From: Tubiluchus corallicola
Lineage: Eukaryota; Animalia; Priapulida
Assembly (NCBI GenBank): GCA_030141605.1
Contig: JAQGDQ010000076.1
Location: 647,202-711,201 of the forward strand
DNA length: 64,000 nt
Direction: 5' to 3'
The position numbers and the translations under genes are program-made. Position 1 is the stretch's first letter. The number at the start of each line of letters is the position of its first letter. The notes under the pieces are model-generated. The model saw nothing but the letters and a program-made list of their open reading frames with translations. It was not told the DNA's origin and did no database searches. Shown piece by piece: positions 63,441-64,000 of this stretch.

Positions 63441-64000
63441 GTTATCAAATCATCGAGCCTTGTCCATCAGTTAGAAATTTTTATAAGCCTAGACGCAATT
63501 TGCGCAGATTTGCCGAACTACTAAAGAAATATTTACATAACATAATTTGCCTTTAAAAACAAAACCCCGACAAATCTAATTATTATTAATAAAACTAGCA
63601 TCATGATCATCAGTGTTATTAACGTGTCAACTTCTACATACTGGTACAGATTAAGAAAAACAGAACTGGAAAACACGTCCATAAAGCAAAAATAAAATGT
63701 ACCAATTTAATGCTATATGAAGACTTACGCCTATTGCATGTAATGCAAGAAAAATACTTGCAAAAGTTACTGTTTCACAAAACGTAATTATGGCGGATTC
63801 CCAAACCACTAACGGAAAATCACAACCCGTAAGTGTGACGAATATTATATTCTCTGATGCCCAGTGCCAGTGCCTAGATGAGCTGTTTGTTACTGTACGC
63901 GCATGCGCAATTGGTATGATGCCTGCGCATTAAGTTGCTACGCATGGCTGTGCGCTTACGATTTTATTTTTCTCAATTTTACTGACCTGAATCTTAAAGC

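Overview
AT-rich, intron-rich animal (invertebrate) genomic DNA; no prokaryotic systems or CRISPR arrays. Most of the window (5340-55803, + strand) is one conventional beta-spectrin gene. I reconstructed 43 GT-AG coding exons that join in one frame (6842 nt, about 2280 codons): CH1-CH2 actin-binding domain, spectrin repeats 1-17, PH domain and a basic C-terminal tail. I did not find the first coding exon(s); they probably lie upstream of the window. A convergent two-exon MS4A/CD20-like tetraspan gene lies on the - strand (59777-61043). The main unexplained feature is in the 14.5 kb intron between repeats 12 and 13. An ATG-initiated ORF at 40176 has a phase-0 donor (GAG|GTTAGA at 40943) that would splice in frame onto the first exon of repeat 13. 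This predicts a ~980-aa isoform with a new 256-aa Ser-rich N-terminus (three F-x-S-L-P-R motifs, a poly-Arg run) followed by the ankyrin-binding repeats, tetramerisation site and PH domain, without the actin-binding domain. This is inferred from sequence only and needs transcript evidence. Introns also hold decayed transposon remnants, microsatellites and local duplications.
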